From an uncultured Alphaproteobacteria bacterium (GTDB lineage Bacteria > Pseudomonadota > Alphaproteobacteria > Rhizobiales > Xanthobacteraceae), in contig CAWCCG010000008.1 in assembly GCA_963793985.1 (NCBI GenBank), positions 25,707 to 89,706 on the forward strand: a DNA stretch of 64,000 nt, in the 5' to 3' direction. The translations under genes were made by a program, and so were the position numbers. Of this stretch, positions 10,603 through 20,226 are shown in pieces (position 1 is the stretch's first letter; each line of letters begins with the position of its first letter). The notes under the pieces were generated by a model that was not told the DNA's origin, searched no databases, and worked only from the letters and a program-made list of their open reading frames with translations.

Positions 10603-11496
10603 TTAAAAGTCCGGCTTGCCGGCGGTCGGCATGGCGGGCGCCTTCTCGCCGCCGAAATGTCCGCCGCTGGTCTCGGCGCACACCATTTCCGGCCAGTCTC
10701 CGAGCGGACGCCGATAGCTGATCGAGGCCGACCACGGCTGCGTCAGGACGCCTTCATCCTCGACGGTGAATTCGAGCTGCAATCCCTTGCCTTTGTAGTT
10801 GGGATTGCGAGTCAGGCCGGGGTCCCGGCCGTACCGGGAGAGCCCCTTCTGGCCGCGTTCCTCCGCTTCCTTCGCGGCTTCGTAGTCGAGGAGGCGATAG
10901 CGCTCGACGATGTGCAGCGCCGGACTGTGCGGCGTACCGTACATATCCATCATGGCGAACGGCCCGATTTTCACGCCGACGGTGTCGATCACCAGCGTGT
11001 CGCCTTCGTAGTGGCCGACCGAATCTCCATACCAGGATGGGGTGACCTGCGCCGGATGCGGCTCGTTCAGGCGCACGTGCCGAACTTCGTGATCGTTGGA
11101 GTAGAGGATCGTGACCTGGTGCGGCTCCTGCAGCATCTGCATACCGATGTTGAAGAGAACGAACGGCACGCCACCGGGCCAGCACTGGTTGCTCGGGGTC
11201 GGGTAGTACGTTCCGGTCCGCGAAATCTCGCCGTGGTGCTTTACGATGTCCGCCGCGTGCGGCTTCAAGATCGGACTGGTGTAATCGCCGACCAGTTCGA
11301 AAATGTCGGGAATGCCGTCGCGCCGGGATCGGTTGGTTATCGGCCCCGCGCCCGAGGATGGCGGCTCGAAATCCGGCCACGTCAAGTGCGCCCATATCCC
11401 GGTAAAATCGGGGATCGCCGGCTTGGCGTCATCGGCCCGGATCGGCGCGGCCACCGTGATCACGAGCAAAATCGGAACCCACCGAGGAGAATTCAT
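10603..11496 (-). CDS. Secreted protein, uncharacterised two-Cys family (paralog P1)
   Basis: The ATG at 11496 follows GGAGG. Signal peptide MNSPRWVPILLVITVAAPIRA. Family motifs: PDFTGIW, NQCWPGGVP, WYGDSVGHYEGDTLVIDT, LHIVERY, VEDEGVLTQPW, VCAE. Intact. Confidence 0.7.
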   Translation of the reverse strand: MNSPRWVPILLVITVAAPIRADDAKPAIPDFTGIWAHLTWPDFEPPSSGAGPITNRSRRDGIPDIFELVGDYTSPILKPHAADIVKHHGEISRTGTYYPTPSNQCWPGGVPFVLFNIGMQMLQEPHQVTILYSNDHEVRHVRLNEPHPAQVTPSWYGDSVGHYEGDTLVIDTVGVKIGPFAMMDMYGTPHSPALHIVERYRLLDYEAAKEAEERGQKGLSRYGRDPGLTRNPNYKGKGLQLEFTVEDEGVLTQPWSASISYRRPLGDWPEMVCAETSGGHFGGEKAPAMPTAGKPDF

Positions 11497-11677
11497 CGTC
11501 GCCTCCATGCGGTTGTCATCGAGTATGGCAGTAGTCGGGTGAACCCTCGGGCTCGGTCAAATCGGATGCTGTCGCTGCAATTGATCGTAATTTCCGTACG
11601 CTCGAACGCGGGCGACTGAAAGGGCGCACTGCTCGGAATGCGCCGCCGGTCGGAGCCCGCAGTCACCGGCGCCGCAT

Positions 11678-12655
11678 TCAATCCGCGCGGGCGCCGGAGG
11701 CTCGCACGACCTTGGCCCATTTCTCGGTTTCCTCGCCGATGAATTTGCGGAACTCGCCGGGAGAGCTCGGCAGCACCGTGAGACCGAGTTCGGCGAACCG
11801 CGCAACGAGCTTGCGGTCGGCAAGGCCGGCGTTGATCTCCTTGTTCAGCCTGTCGATGATCTCCGCCGGCGTGGTCCGCGGCGCGCCCATCCCGTACCAG
11901 GAGCTCGCTTCGTAGCCGGGCAAGTACTCGCTCATCGCCGGCACGTCGGGCACCACGTCGAGGCGCGCGGCCGTGCTGACCGCGAGCGCCCTTATTTTGC
12001 CGGCCCTGATCTGGTCGATCGCCGCGGCAAGACCGCCGAAATAGACCTGAACCTGTCCGCCGAGAAGGTCGGCGAGCGCGGGAGCGTCTCCGCGATAGGG
12101 AATGTGCACCATCTTGATGCCGGCCATGTACTGGAACAATTCCCCGGCCATATGGGGCGTTGCTCCGACCCCGCTCGACGCCATGTTCACCTTGCCCGGA
12201 TTGGCTTTGACGTAGGCGATGAACTCGGGAACCGTCTTGACCGGCAATGACGCATTCACCTCCATCACGAGAGGCGAGCGCACGATGCCGGCGACCGGCG
12301 CGATATCGCGGACGAAATCGAACGCGAGCTTCTCGTAGAGCGTCACGTTGATCGTGTTCGTCGCGCCGACCACGAGCAGCGTGTAACCGTCCGGGGGCGC
12401 CCGCACCACGAGCTCGGTGCCGAGATTGGTTCCGGCGCCGGTGCGATTCTCGACGATGAACTGCTGGCCGGTGCGCTCAGACAGCCATTGGCAGATCAGC
12501 CGACCGGCAATGTCGGTCGAGCCTCCCGCGGCAAACGGCACGATCACCCGCACCGGCTTCACCGGATAGTCGAGAGCTCGCGCGAACCGCGCACTCGCGG
12601 GTAGTGCCGCAGCGCCGGCGGCAAGGTGAAGGAATTTGCGGCGTGAAAGCGCCAT
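11678..12655 (-). CDS. Bug/TctC-family tripartite tricarboxylate transporter substrate-binding protein
   Basis: Tat-like MALSRRKFLHLAAGAAALPA. Also YPVKPVRVIVPFAAGGSTDIAGR, ENRTGAGTNLG and GKVNMASSGVGATPHMAGE. Intact. No TctA/TctB genes are adjacent. Confidence 0.9.
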   Translation of the reverse strand: MALSRRKFLHLAAGAAALPASARFARALDYPVKPVRVIVPFAAGGSTDIAGRLICQWLSERTGQQFIVENRTGAGTNLGTELVVRAPPDGYTLLVVGATNTINVTLYEKLAFDFVRDIAPVAGIVRSPLVMEVNASLPVKTVPEFIAYVKANPGKVNMASSGVGATPHMAGELFQYMAGIKMVHIPYRGDAPALADLLGGQVQVYFGGLAAAIDQIRAGKIRALAVSTAARLDVVPDVPAMSEYLPGYEASSWYGMGAPRTTPAEIIDRLNKEINAGLADRKLVARFAELGLTVLPSSPGEFRKFIGEETEKWAKVVRASGARAD

Positions 12656-13031
12656 GACCTGCTCCCGATACGAAGACGTTTCGGAGCCAACAGCGCGGCT
12701 AACGCCTGCTCCACCGTCAACGAAGTTGGAGACTGTTTGCCGGCCGATGGCATTCTTGCTGCCGGTTTGGCCACGGGACCACGGCACGTCCCTGTGAGGC
12801 AGCTTTCTTCAAGACTTACATCATCGATGCCGCCCCTCGAAAGAGGGAGGCCGCCGTCGCTGTTTAGTTTCTTGGAACCAATTGGGCCAAAGGAAACCAG
12901 TTTCTGCCAAACGACGAGAATGAAGGATCGACACGCACAGACGCCGCCTGCCCCTTTCCAGCGCATACAGAACCGGTGTACGCTATCCATATGCTACCCG
13001 CAGAGCGATGAAAAAACATAGGGAGCATGGG

Positions 13032-13856
13032 ATGCGATATCGGAGGAAACGCTCGAGGTTTGTGAGTGTTTCGGCGGCGTTGATGCTCCCTTTTCTGTGG
13101 GGCGCAATGCCGACTGCGAGCGATGCCCAGGCGCCGTCGCTGCCGCGCGGTCCTGACGGCCATCCGAACCTGAACGGCATTTGGCAAACTCTCAACACGG
13201 CAAACTGGGACATCCAGGAACACGCCGCGCGAGCGGGATCGGTCGTCGCGCTCGGCGCTATCGGCGCCGTTCCGCCCGGGCTCGGAATCGTGGAGGGCAA
13301 TGAGCTGCCCTATCTACCGGCAGCCGCAGCAAAAAAGAAGGAAAACTTCGAAAACCGTCTGACCGCCGATCCGGAGGTCAAGTGCTACATGCCCGGCGTG
13401 CCGCGCGCCACGTATATGCCCTATCCGTTTCAAATCGTTCAGACTCCCAAATTCGTTCTGATGGCCTACGAATATGCGGGCGCCAACCGCACGATCTTCA
13501 TGGATAAGGCGCCCCCGGCCGCGGCCGACAGCTGGATGGGGCACTCGGTCGGCCGTTGGGAGGGGGATACGCTCGTCGTCGACGTGACCGCGCAGAACGA
13601 TGAGACCTGGTTCGACCGGGCCGGGAATTTCCACAGCGACGCGCTGCACGTGGTCGAACGCTATACGCCGCTGAGTGCCGACGCACTCACCTACGAAGCG
13701 ACCATAGAAGACCCGAAGGTGTTTTCGCGGCCCTGGAAGATCACGATGCCGCTCTACCGGCGGCTGGAAAAGAACGCGCAGCTCCTGGAATTCAAGTGCG
13801 TCGAATTCGTGGAAGAGCTCATGTACGGGCATCTTCGCAAACAAACCGGCAAGTGA
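13032..13856 (+). CDS. Secreted protein, uncharacterised two-Cys family (paralog P2)
   Basis: The ORF opens at 13008; the ATG at 13032 follows AGGGAG. Motifs: PNLNGIW, KCYMPGVP, WMGHSVGRWEGDTLVVDV, LHVVERY, IEDPKVFSRPW, FKCVEF. Intact. Same subtype as P6. Confidence 0.7.
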   Translation: MRYRRKRSRFVSVSAALMLPFLWGAMPTASDAQAPSLPRGPDGHPNLNGIWQTLNTANWDIQEHAARAGSVVALGAIGAVPPGLGIVEGNELPYLPAAAAKKKENFENRLTADPEVKCYMPGVPRATYMPYPFQIVQTPKFVLMAYEYAGANRTIFMDKAPPAAADSWMGHSVGRWEGDTLVVDVTAQNDETWFDRAGNFHSDALHVVERYTPLSADALTYEATIEDPKVFSRPWKITMPLYRRLEKNAQLLEFKCVEFVEELMYGHLRKQTGK

Positions 13857-13869
13857 ATTGGAGGTTCAT

Positions 13870-14919
13870 ATGAGCCATCGATTTCTCACTTCGGCGAGTA
13901 TTCCGCCCGCTGATCGCGGCCGCGTTGCTGGCGCCGCTCCCCGCCGCAGCCCAGCAGGCCGCGCCGCAGGCGCAGAGCGCAGCCAAGCCGTGGACGGCGC
14001 CGCGAACGGCGGACGGCAAGCCGGACCTGCAAGGGGTGTGGGATTATCGCACCATCACCCCCTTGGAGCGGCCGGTCGCGCTCGGAACCAAGGCGTTCTT
14101 CACCGACGAGGAAGCAGCGAAATACGAGCAACAGGAAAACAGCCGCCAGAATCGCGACACGATCGATCCCAAGGTCGGCGGCCTGAACTATCCGGCGGGT
14201 GGCGTCGTTCCCTACAATGAGTTCTGGTACGACCGCGGCGACAAGGTCGTCGGAACCAAGCGGACATCGCTGATCGTCGATCCGCCCAACGGTCGGCTTC
14301 CTCCCTTTACGCCCGAAGGTGAGGCGAAGGCCAAGCGGCGCGCCGAGATCGGACGCCAGGAGCAATTCGGACATCCCATCGCCGATTCCTGGGAAGACCG
14401 CCCGCTCGGAGAACGCTGCATTCTCGGGTCGAATGCCGGACCGCCGATGACGCCGGGCGCCGTACAACAACAATGTCCAGCTGTTCCAGACGCCCGGTCA
14501 CGTGGCACTCGTCAACGAGATGATCCACGAGGCCCGCGTCATTCCGATGGACGGCCGACCCCACCTGCACTATTCCGCAGTGGAAGGGAGACTCGCGCGG
14601 CCACTGGGAGGGTGACACGCTCGTCGTCGACACCACGAATTTCAAGCGCGAAACGAGCCTTCCCGGCTCCAGCGCCGCAATGCATCTCACCGAGCGCTTC
14701 ACCCGGACCGGCCCGGACACGTTGCTCTACGAGTTCACCGTAGACGATCCGTCGACATGGACGAAACCGTGGACAGCGGCGCTCCCGATGTCGAGGATCG
14801 ACGTCCCGGTCTACGAGTACGCCTGTCACGAAGGAAATTACGCCATGTCAGGCATCCTTGCTGGCGCACGCGCCGATGAAAAAGCCGCAGCAGACGCGGC
14901 GAAAAAAGCTTCGAAGTAG
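13870..14919 (+). pseudogene. Secreted protein, uncharacterised two-Cys family (paralog P3), frameshifted
   Basis: The ATG at 13870 follows GGAGG. The signal peptide (RRVFRPLIAAALLAPLPAAA) is already in another frame. Motifs: PDLQGVW, GERCILG, then YNNNVQLFQTPGHVALVNEMIHEARVIPMDGRPHL in a third frame, then EGDTLVVDTTNF, MHLTERF, VDDPSTWTKPW, YACHEG. At least 3 frame changes. Confidence 0.65.
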
Positions 14920-14954
14920 CTGCCGTTCCTTTTTTGATGAAGGAGTGTGGCACG

Positions 14955-15596
14955 ATGAGACGGCAAATCACGGTAGCCCTGTGCGCGGCGGCCCTTGGAT
15001 TTGTCGTCACGTCGCCTCTCGTGGTTGCCCAACAACGGGCCGGGAACTCCCCCGGCGGGGTGGCGACTGCGCCTGCCGTCGGCGCCGGCAGTGCCGCAAC
15101 GGACGGTCAGGTCTTTCTCACCATCAGGGATCTGATGGAATCGATCATCGATCCGTCCGCCGACACGCTTTGGGGCGCGGTCGGAACGGTGGTCGACAAT
15201 GACGGCATCCACGAGATGTTTCCGAAGACTGATGAAGAATGGCAGGAGCCGCGCCGTGCCGCCGTGCGCATCATCGAAGGCGGCAACCTGCTGATCATGC
15301 CCGGCCGCGACGCGGCGCCCCCCGGAGCCAAATCCGAAGCGCCGGGGGCCGAGCTCGAGCCGCCCGAGATCACCGTGCTCATCAAGGAGAAACGAACGAG
15401 CTTCGATGCCTTCGCGAGGGCGCTCCAAGGCGTCGGCGTGGAAGCGCTCGGAGCGATCGACGCCAAGGACACTTCTCTGCTGTTGGAAATCGGCGCCCGA
15501 ATGGAGAGTGTCTGCGAGGGGTGTCATCAGACATTCTGGTATCCGCAGGAAAAGGACGCGCGCGTAGGCAATAATCGACCTTCTCAGAATCGCTAG
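14955..15596 (+). CDS. Periplasmic c-type haem protein with a single C-terminal CXXCH (class II / cytochrome c-prime-like)
   Basis: The ATG at 14955 lies 9 nt after AGGAG. Signal peptide MRRQITVALCAAALGFVVTSPLVVA. The only CXXCH (CEGCH) is about 25 residues from the C-terminus, as in four-helix-bundle class II cytochromes. Intact. Confidence 0.6.
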   Translation: MRRQITVALCAAALGFVVTSPLVVAQQRAGNSPGGVATAPAVGAGSAATDGQVFLTIRDLMESIIDPSADTLWGAVGTVVDNDGIHEMFPKTDEEWQEPRRAAVRIIEGGNLLIMPGRDAAPPGAKSEAPGAELEPPEITVLIKEKRTSFDAFARALQGVGVEALGAIDAKDTSLLLEIGARMESVCEGCHQTFWYPQEKDARVGNNRPSQNR

Positions 15597-15614
15597 CTCA
15601 GCGAGAGGCACGAG

Positions 15615-16848
15615 ATGCGCATTCGACTTCAGAAGTCGATCGAGGTATCGGCGGCGATCGTATCGACGCTCTCGTTTTTTGCCGCCGTCGCCGTACCCGT
15701 TTGCACGGCGTCGGCCCAGGCTCCCGCGACATCCGGGGCTGGCGCGACATCCGGAGGAAACTTGGCGACCACGCTGAAGACGCCGTGGGGCGAACCCGAT
15801 CTGCAGGGCATCTGGACCGATGAAACCGACACGCCGTTCCAGCGCTCGCCGAAGTTCGCGAACCAGGAATTCTTCACCGAGGCGCAGCGGGCGGAATTCG
15901 ACCGCATAAGGTCCGACATGCGCGGACGCGACAACCGCGGCGCGCGCGGCAGCGAGCGCGACGTCTCCGGCGCCTACAATAATGTGTGGGGCGCGTTGAA
16001 GCGCACCAGCCCGCGCACGTCGATGATCGTCGATCCGCCGGACGGCCGCATCCCTGCGATGACGCCGGAGGCGCAAAAGATCACCAACGCCGATCGCGAC
16101 TTCCGCCTCGCGCTGATGCAGGCGACGCAGACCTGCAAGCTCAAGCTGCCCGGATGTGCCGGAGGCAAGCTACATCCCGACGCCGACGTCGCGCCGCGCG
16201 GAGTTTGCGCCGCGCTACAACACCGCGCGCATGAACCGCCACGACAGCCCGGAGGACGGCGCGCTGGCGGACCGCTGCCTCACGCTGGGGCTGCCCGAGT
16301 TCGGCGCCGGCAACGGCGGCGGCAGCTTCCGCCGCATCGTGCAGACGCCGGGCGGCATCGCCATCGCCTACGACGTCGGCCAGGGCCAGGGATGGCAGCG
16401 CAGCATCGTGATGAACGGCAGCCCGCACCTGCCGGCCGACATCCGCCAGTGGTTCGGCGATTCGCGCGGCCACTGGGAAGGCAACACGCTCGTCATCGAC
16501 GTCACGAATTTCAGCCCGAAGACCGACTATCGCGGCTCGCGCGAGAACCTGCATCTCGTCGAGCGCTGGACGCGTACCGCGCCGGATACGCTCGAATACG
16601 TCGCAACGATCGAAGATCCGACCGTGTGGACGAAGCCGTGGACCGTCAAGCAGGAGTTCAAGAAGCAGAACGAGCAGGAAAACCGCATCTATTACGAGCC
16701 GCGCTGCGTCGAAGGAAACTTCGGTTTTCCCGCGATGATGAAAACGGCGCGCCAGGAGGATCGCGACTTCGCCGAAGGCCGCGGGCCCGATCCGCTGACC
16801 AGGGACAACGCGTCCGGATTCCAGGAGCCGGATCCGCTGCAACAATGA
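15615..16848 (+). pseudogene. Secreted protein, uncharacterised two-Cys family (paralog P4), one frame change
   Basis: Signal peptide plus LKTPWGEPDLQGIW. The frame is lost just after TCKLKLPGCAGGK (about 16150). It resumes as YIPTPTSRRAEFAPRYNTARMNRHD, ADRCLTLGLP, WFGDSRGHWEGNTLVIDV, LHLVERW, IEDPTVWTKPW, PRCVEG. Confidence 0.7.
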
Positions 16849-16875
16849 GATGGCCGCAAGGCAGAGGACCAGTAG

Positions 16876-18053
16876 ATGCGTGAGCATTTCGCAGGTTTGA
16901 CGGTCGCCATTCCCGTGATCGCCGTTCGCCGTGATCGCGATCGCGTTCGGCGCTTCCGCCGCGGCGCCTCGGCGCAGGCCCTGAAGACGCCCTGGGGCGA
17001 GCCCGACCTGCAGGGCATCTGGACCGACGAAAGCGACACGCCGCTCCAGCGCTCGCCGAAATTCGCCAACCAGGAATTCTTCACCGACGCGCAGCGCGCC
17101 GATCTCGACAAGGAACGATCCGCCCTGCTGCGCCGCGACAAGCGCGTCGAGCGCGGCACCGAGCTCGACGTCGCCGGCGCCTACAACGCCCTGTTCATGA
17201 GCCAGAAGAGGACGGGCGCGCGCACGTCGCTGATCGTCGATCCGCCCAACGGCCGGATTCCGGCGATGACGCCGGACGCCGCGAAGGCCGCCGCAGCCGA
17301 TCGGGAATTTCGTCTCGCCCTGCTGCAGTCGACCGGGACCTGCAAGACGCAAGTCGATCGCCTGCAGCGGCGGCACAGTACGATCCGACCCCCTCGCCGC
17401 GTCTTGCCGAGCTTCCGCCGCGCTACAACACCGCGCGGATGAATCGCCACGACGGCCCGGAAGACGGCTCGTTGCCGGACCGCTGCCTGACCCTCGGCCT
17501 GCCCGAGTTCGGCGCTGCGACCGGCAGCTTCCGCCGCATCGTGCAGACGCCCGGCGGCATCACGATGTTCTACGACGTCGGCCAGGGCCAGGGCTGGCAG
17601 CGCAACATCGTCATGAACGGCAGCCCGCATCTGCCGGCCTCCGTTCGCCAATGGTTCGGCGACTCGCGCGGCCACTGGGAAGGCGACACGCTCGTCGTCG
17701 ACGTGACGAACTTCAGCCCGAAGACCGATTATCAGGGCGCGCGCGAGAACCTGCATCTCGTCGAGCGCTGGACACGGACCGGGCCGGACACGCTCGAATA
17801 CGTCGTGACCATCGAAGACCCGACGGTGTGGACGCGGCCCTGGACGGTCAAGCAGGAGTTCACCCGGCAGAGCGACCAGGAGAACCGGCTCTACACCGAG
17901 CCGCGTTGCATCGAAGGAAACTACGGTCTGCCGGGGCTGATACGCGGCGCACGCGCGGAGGAGCTCGCCTTCGCGGAAGGCCGCGGGCCTCACCCGGCGA
18001 CGAAGGACAACGCCACCGATTTCGTCGGTGTCGAAGACGATCCGCTGCAATGA
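16876..18053 (+). pseudogene. Secreted protein, uncharacterised two-Cys family (paralog P5, tandem duplicate of P4), frameshifted
   Basis: About nine in ten nucleotides match P4 over a stretch I aligned by eye. The hydrophobic signal core FAVIAIAFGASAAA is out of frame. Further breaks occur around TCKT / KSIACSGGT / QYDPTPSPRLAELPPRYNTAR (about 17345-17375). Downstream motifs are intact: WFGDSRGHWEGDTLVVDV, LHLVERW, PRCIEG. Confidence 0.7.
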
Positions 18054-18076
18054 CAGCGAATGGAGGGAGAAAATAC

Positions 18077-19039
18077 ATGCGCGACCGCTACCTGGGTTTG
18101 TTGATGACGGTTGCCCTTGCCGTGGCGGCCGTCGACGCCGTCACCTCCCTCGCCATGGCGCAGGCGCCGCAGATCGTGCGGCCGCCGGCCCGCATCGAGG
18201 GCAAGCCGAACTTTTCCGGCATCTGGCAGGCCAACAACGAGGCCAACTGGGACCTGCAGGCGCACGCGGCGCGGCCCGCCGCCGTGACCCAGCAGGGCGT
18301 CTACCCCTATGAGTACGCCCGCGTCCCGGCCGCGCCGGTGCTCGCGCTCGGCGCCGCCGGCGCGGTGCCGGGATCGCTCGGCGTCGTGCAGGGCGACGGC
18401 GAGATTCCGTACAAGCCGGAAGCCCTGGCGATCAAGAAGGAGAACCAGGAGCACTGGATCGACCGCGATCCCGAGCTCAAGTGCTATCTGCCGGGCATTC
18501 CGCGCGCGATGTATCTGCCCTATCCGTTCCAGATCACGCAGAGCACCAACAAAATCCATATGGCGTTCGAGTTCACCAACACCGCGCGCACGATCCATAT
18601 GGACAAGGTCGAGGGGCCGCCGGACGACACCTGGATGGGCCATTCGGTCGGGCGCTGGGATGGCGACACGCTGGTCGTCGACGTGACCAATTTCAACGAC
18701 CGCACCTGGTTCGACCGCTCCGGCGATTTTCACAGCGACGCGCTGCACCTCGTCGAACGCTTCACCATGATGTCGCCCGACATCATCTGGTACGAGGTGT
18801 CGATCGAAGACCCCAACGTGTTCACGCGGCCGTGGAAGATCGCGATGCCGCTCTATCGTCGCGTCGAACCGAACATCCAGCTCCTCGAGTTCCGCTGCAA
18901 CGAATTCGTCGAGGAGTTCATGTACGGAAATCTGCGCAAGACACCGCTGGTCAAGCACTGGGAGGGCGATACGATGACGATCGACATCACCCGCAAGGTG
19001 CCGCCCGGCGACCTCTTCTATCAGTGGTACGGCAGGTGA
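18077..19039 (+). CDS. Secreted protein, uncharacterised two-Cys family (paralog P6)
   Basis: The ATG at 18077 follows GGAGGGA. Signal peptide MRDRYLGLLMTVALAVAAVDAVTSLAMA. Motifs: PNFSGIW, KCYLPGIP, WMGHSVGRWDGDTLVVDV, LHLVERF, IEDPNVFTRPW, FRCNEF. Intact. Confidence 0.7.
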   Translation: MRDRYLGLLMTVALAVAAVDAVTSLAMAQAPQIVRPPARIEGKPNFSGIWQANNEANWDLQAHAARPAAVTQQGVYPYEYARVPAAPVLALGAAGAVPGSLGVVQGDGEIPYKPEALAIKKENQEHWIDRDPELKCYLPGIPRAMYLPYPFQITQSTNKIHMAFEFTNTARTIHMDKVEGPPDDTWMGHSVGRWDGDTLVVDVTNFNDRTWFDRSGDFHSDALHLVERFTMMSPDIIWYEVSIEDPNVFTRPWKIAMPLYRRVEPNIQLLEFRCNEFVEEFMYGNLRKTPLVKHWEGDTMTIDITRKVPPGDLFYQWYGR

Positions 19040-19166
19040 GGTCCGACAGTGAAGTCGGACAGGTGACATCGAAAGTGACATGGGACAGGCGCCGGATATC
19101 CCGATCCGGGAGTTGAGCCGCCGCGGCGACTTGGCGCTTGTCTCAAGTTCTATCCGCGGCAGGGAG

Positions 19167-19612
19167 ATGAACATGCGAACGAAGCTTGCCTTGATGATCG
19201 GTATCACGGGTCTCGCGGTGGCCGGCTGGTCGGCGGCGTCGTGGGCGCACCACGCGTTTGCCGCGGAGTTCGACGCCGACAAGCCGGTGACCTTCAAGGG
19301 CGTCATCACCAAGATGGAGTGGGTCAACCCGCACACCTGGCTGCATGTCGACGTGAAGAACCCCGACGGCACGACGGTGAACTGGGCGATCGAAGCCGGC
19401 ACGCCGAACGTGCTGTTCCGCCGCGGCTTCACCAAGGATTCGCTGCTGCCCGGAACCGAGATCGTGGTCGATGGATACCAGTCGAAAGACGGCAGCCGTC
19501 GCGCCAACGGCCGCGACCTGACCTTCCCGGACGGCCGCAAGCTGTTCCTCGGCTCGTCCGGCACCGGCGCTCCCTACGAGCTGACGCCGGGGCCGCGGGC
19601 AAGACCAACTGA
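19167..19612 (+). CDS. DUF6152-family periplasmic protein (3' end uncertain)
   Basis: Signal peptide MNMRTKLALMIGITGLAVAGWSAASWA, then HHAFAAEFDADKPVTFKGVITKMEWVNPHTWLHVDV, which matches my recollection of DUF6152. The frame has no stop until 20165 and runs over the next gene, so a frame error near the C-terminus is likely. The end given is the nearest alternative-frame stop. Confidence 0.65.
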
Positions 19613-19665
19613 GCTTGCTCGGCATACACAGCGCCGCACGCGGATCGGAATTCGACGGAATTGGA

Positions 19666-20223
19666 ATGTCGCCCCTGGCGTTCTTCGAACAGCTGGCGGA
19701 TACGCCGTGGAGCATGGCGCTTCACGAGTTGGAGATCGCCTATTCCATCCTCGAGTCGATCCACGTGTGGTCGCTCGTTCTGTTCTTCGGCCTGGTCATC
19801 GTCTTCGACCTGCGCCTGCTCGGCTGGGCGTTCCAGAAGGTGCCGGTATCGGAATTCTCCCGGCGCCTTCTGCCCTGGACCATCCTCGGCTTCGTGCTCA
19901 TGGTCATCAGCGGCGTGCTGCTGGTCTACGCGATCCCGGTGCGGTCCTATCAGAACCTGTTCTTCAGGTTCAAATTGATCCTGCTGCTGCTCGCCGGCAT
20001 CAACGTGCTGATCTTTCACTCGCGGGTCTATCCCGGCATCGAGAAGTGGGACAACGACGCGAAGCCGCCGCGGGCCGCGAGGCTCGCCGGCGCGTTTTCT
20101 CTCGTGCTGTGGATCGGCATCGTCGTGTCCGGACGCATGATCGCCTACAACTGGTTCGACTGTGACCGGCAGCCGCAACCGGACATCATCAATCTCCTGA
20201 CCAGTTGCACACCGACCGAGTAG
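19666..20223 (+). CDS. Polytopic membrane protein, DUF6644-like
   Basis: MSPLAFFEQLADTPW, then 4-5 hydrophobic helices. Conserved ESIHVW...VFDLRLLGW in helix 1 and SLVLWIGIVVSGRMIAY at the end. Intact. Confidence 0.6.
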   Translation: MSPLAFFEQLADTPWSMALHELEIAYSILESIHVWSLVLFFGLVIVFDLRLLGWAFQKVPVSEFSRRLLPWTILGFVLMVISGVLLVYAIPVRSYQNLFFRFKLILLLLAGINVLIFHSRVYPGIEKWDNDAKPPRAARLAGAFSLVLWIGIVVSGRMIAYNWFDCDRQPQPDIINLLTSCTPTE

Positions 20224-20226
20224 GCG

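Noticed and set aside
16120-16170. Programmed +1 ribosomal frameshift in P4 (a GGAGG Shine-Dalgarno-like sequence sits just upstream of the break, reminiscent of prfB)
   Set aside because: The codons at the break (AAG CUA) are not a plausible slippery site. The paralog P5 lacks the GGAGG and needs a different net shift (31 versus 32 nt in the homologous segment). P3 encodes the same region without any break there.
14838-19564. Three long minus-strand ORFs (14838-16076, 16141-17376, 17990-19564) opposite the paralog array
   Set aside because: They have shadow-frame composition, with no signal peptides or motifs. The plus-strand paralogs share conserved motifs and have ribosome-binding sites.
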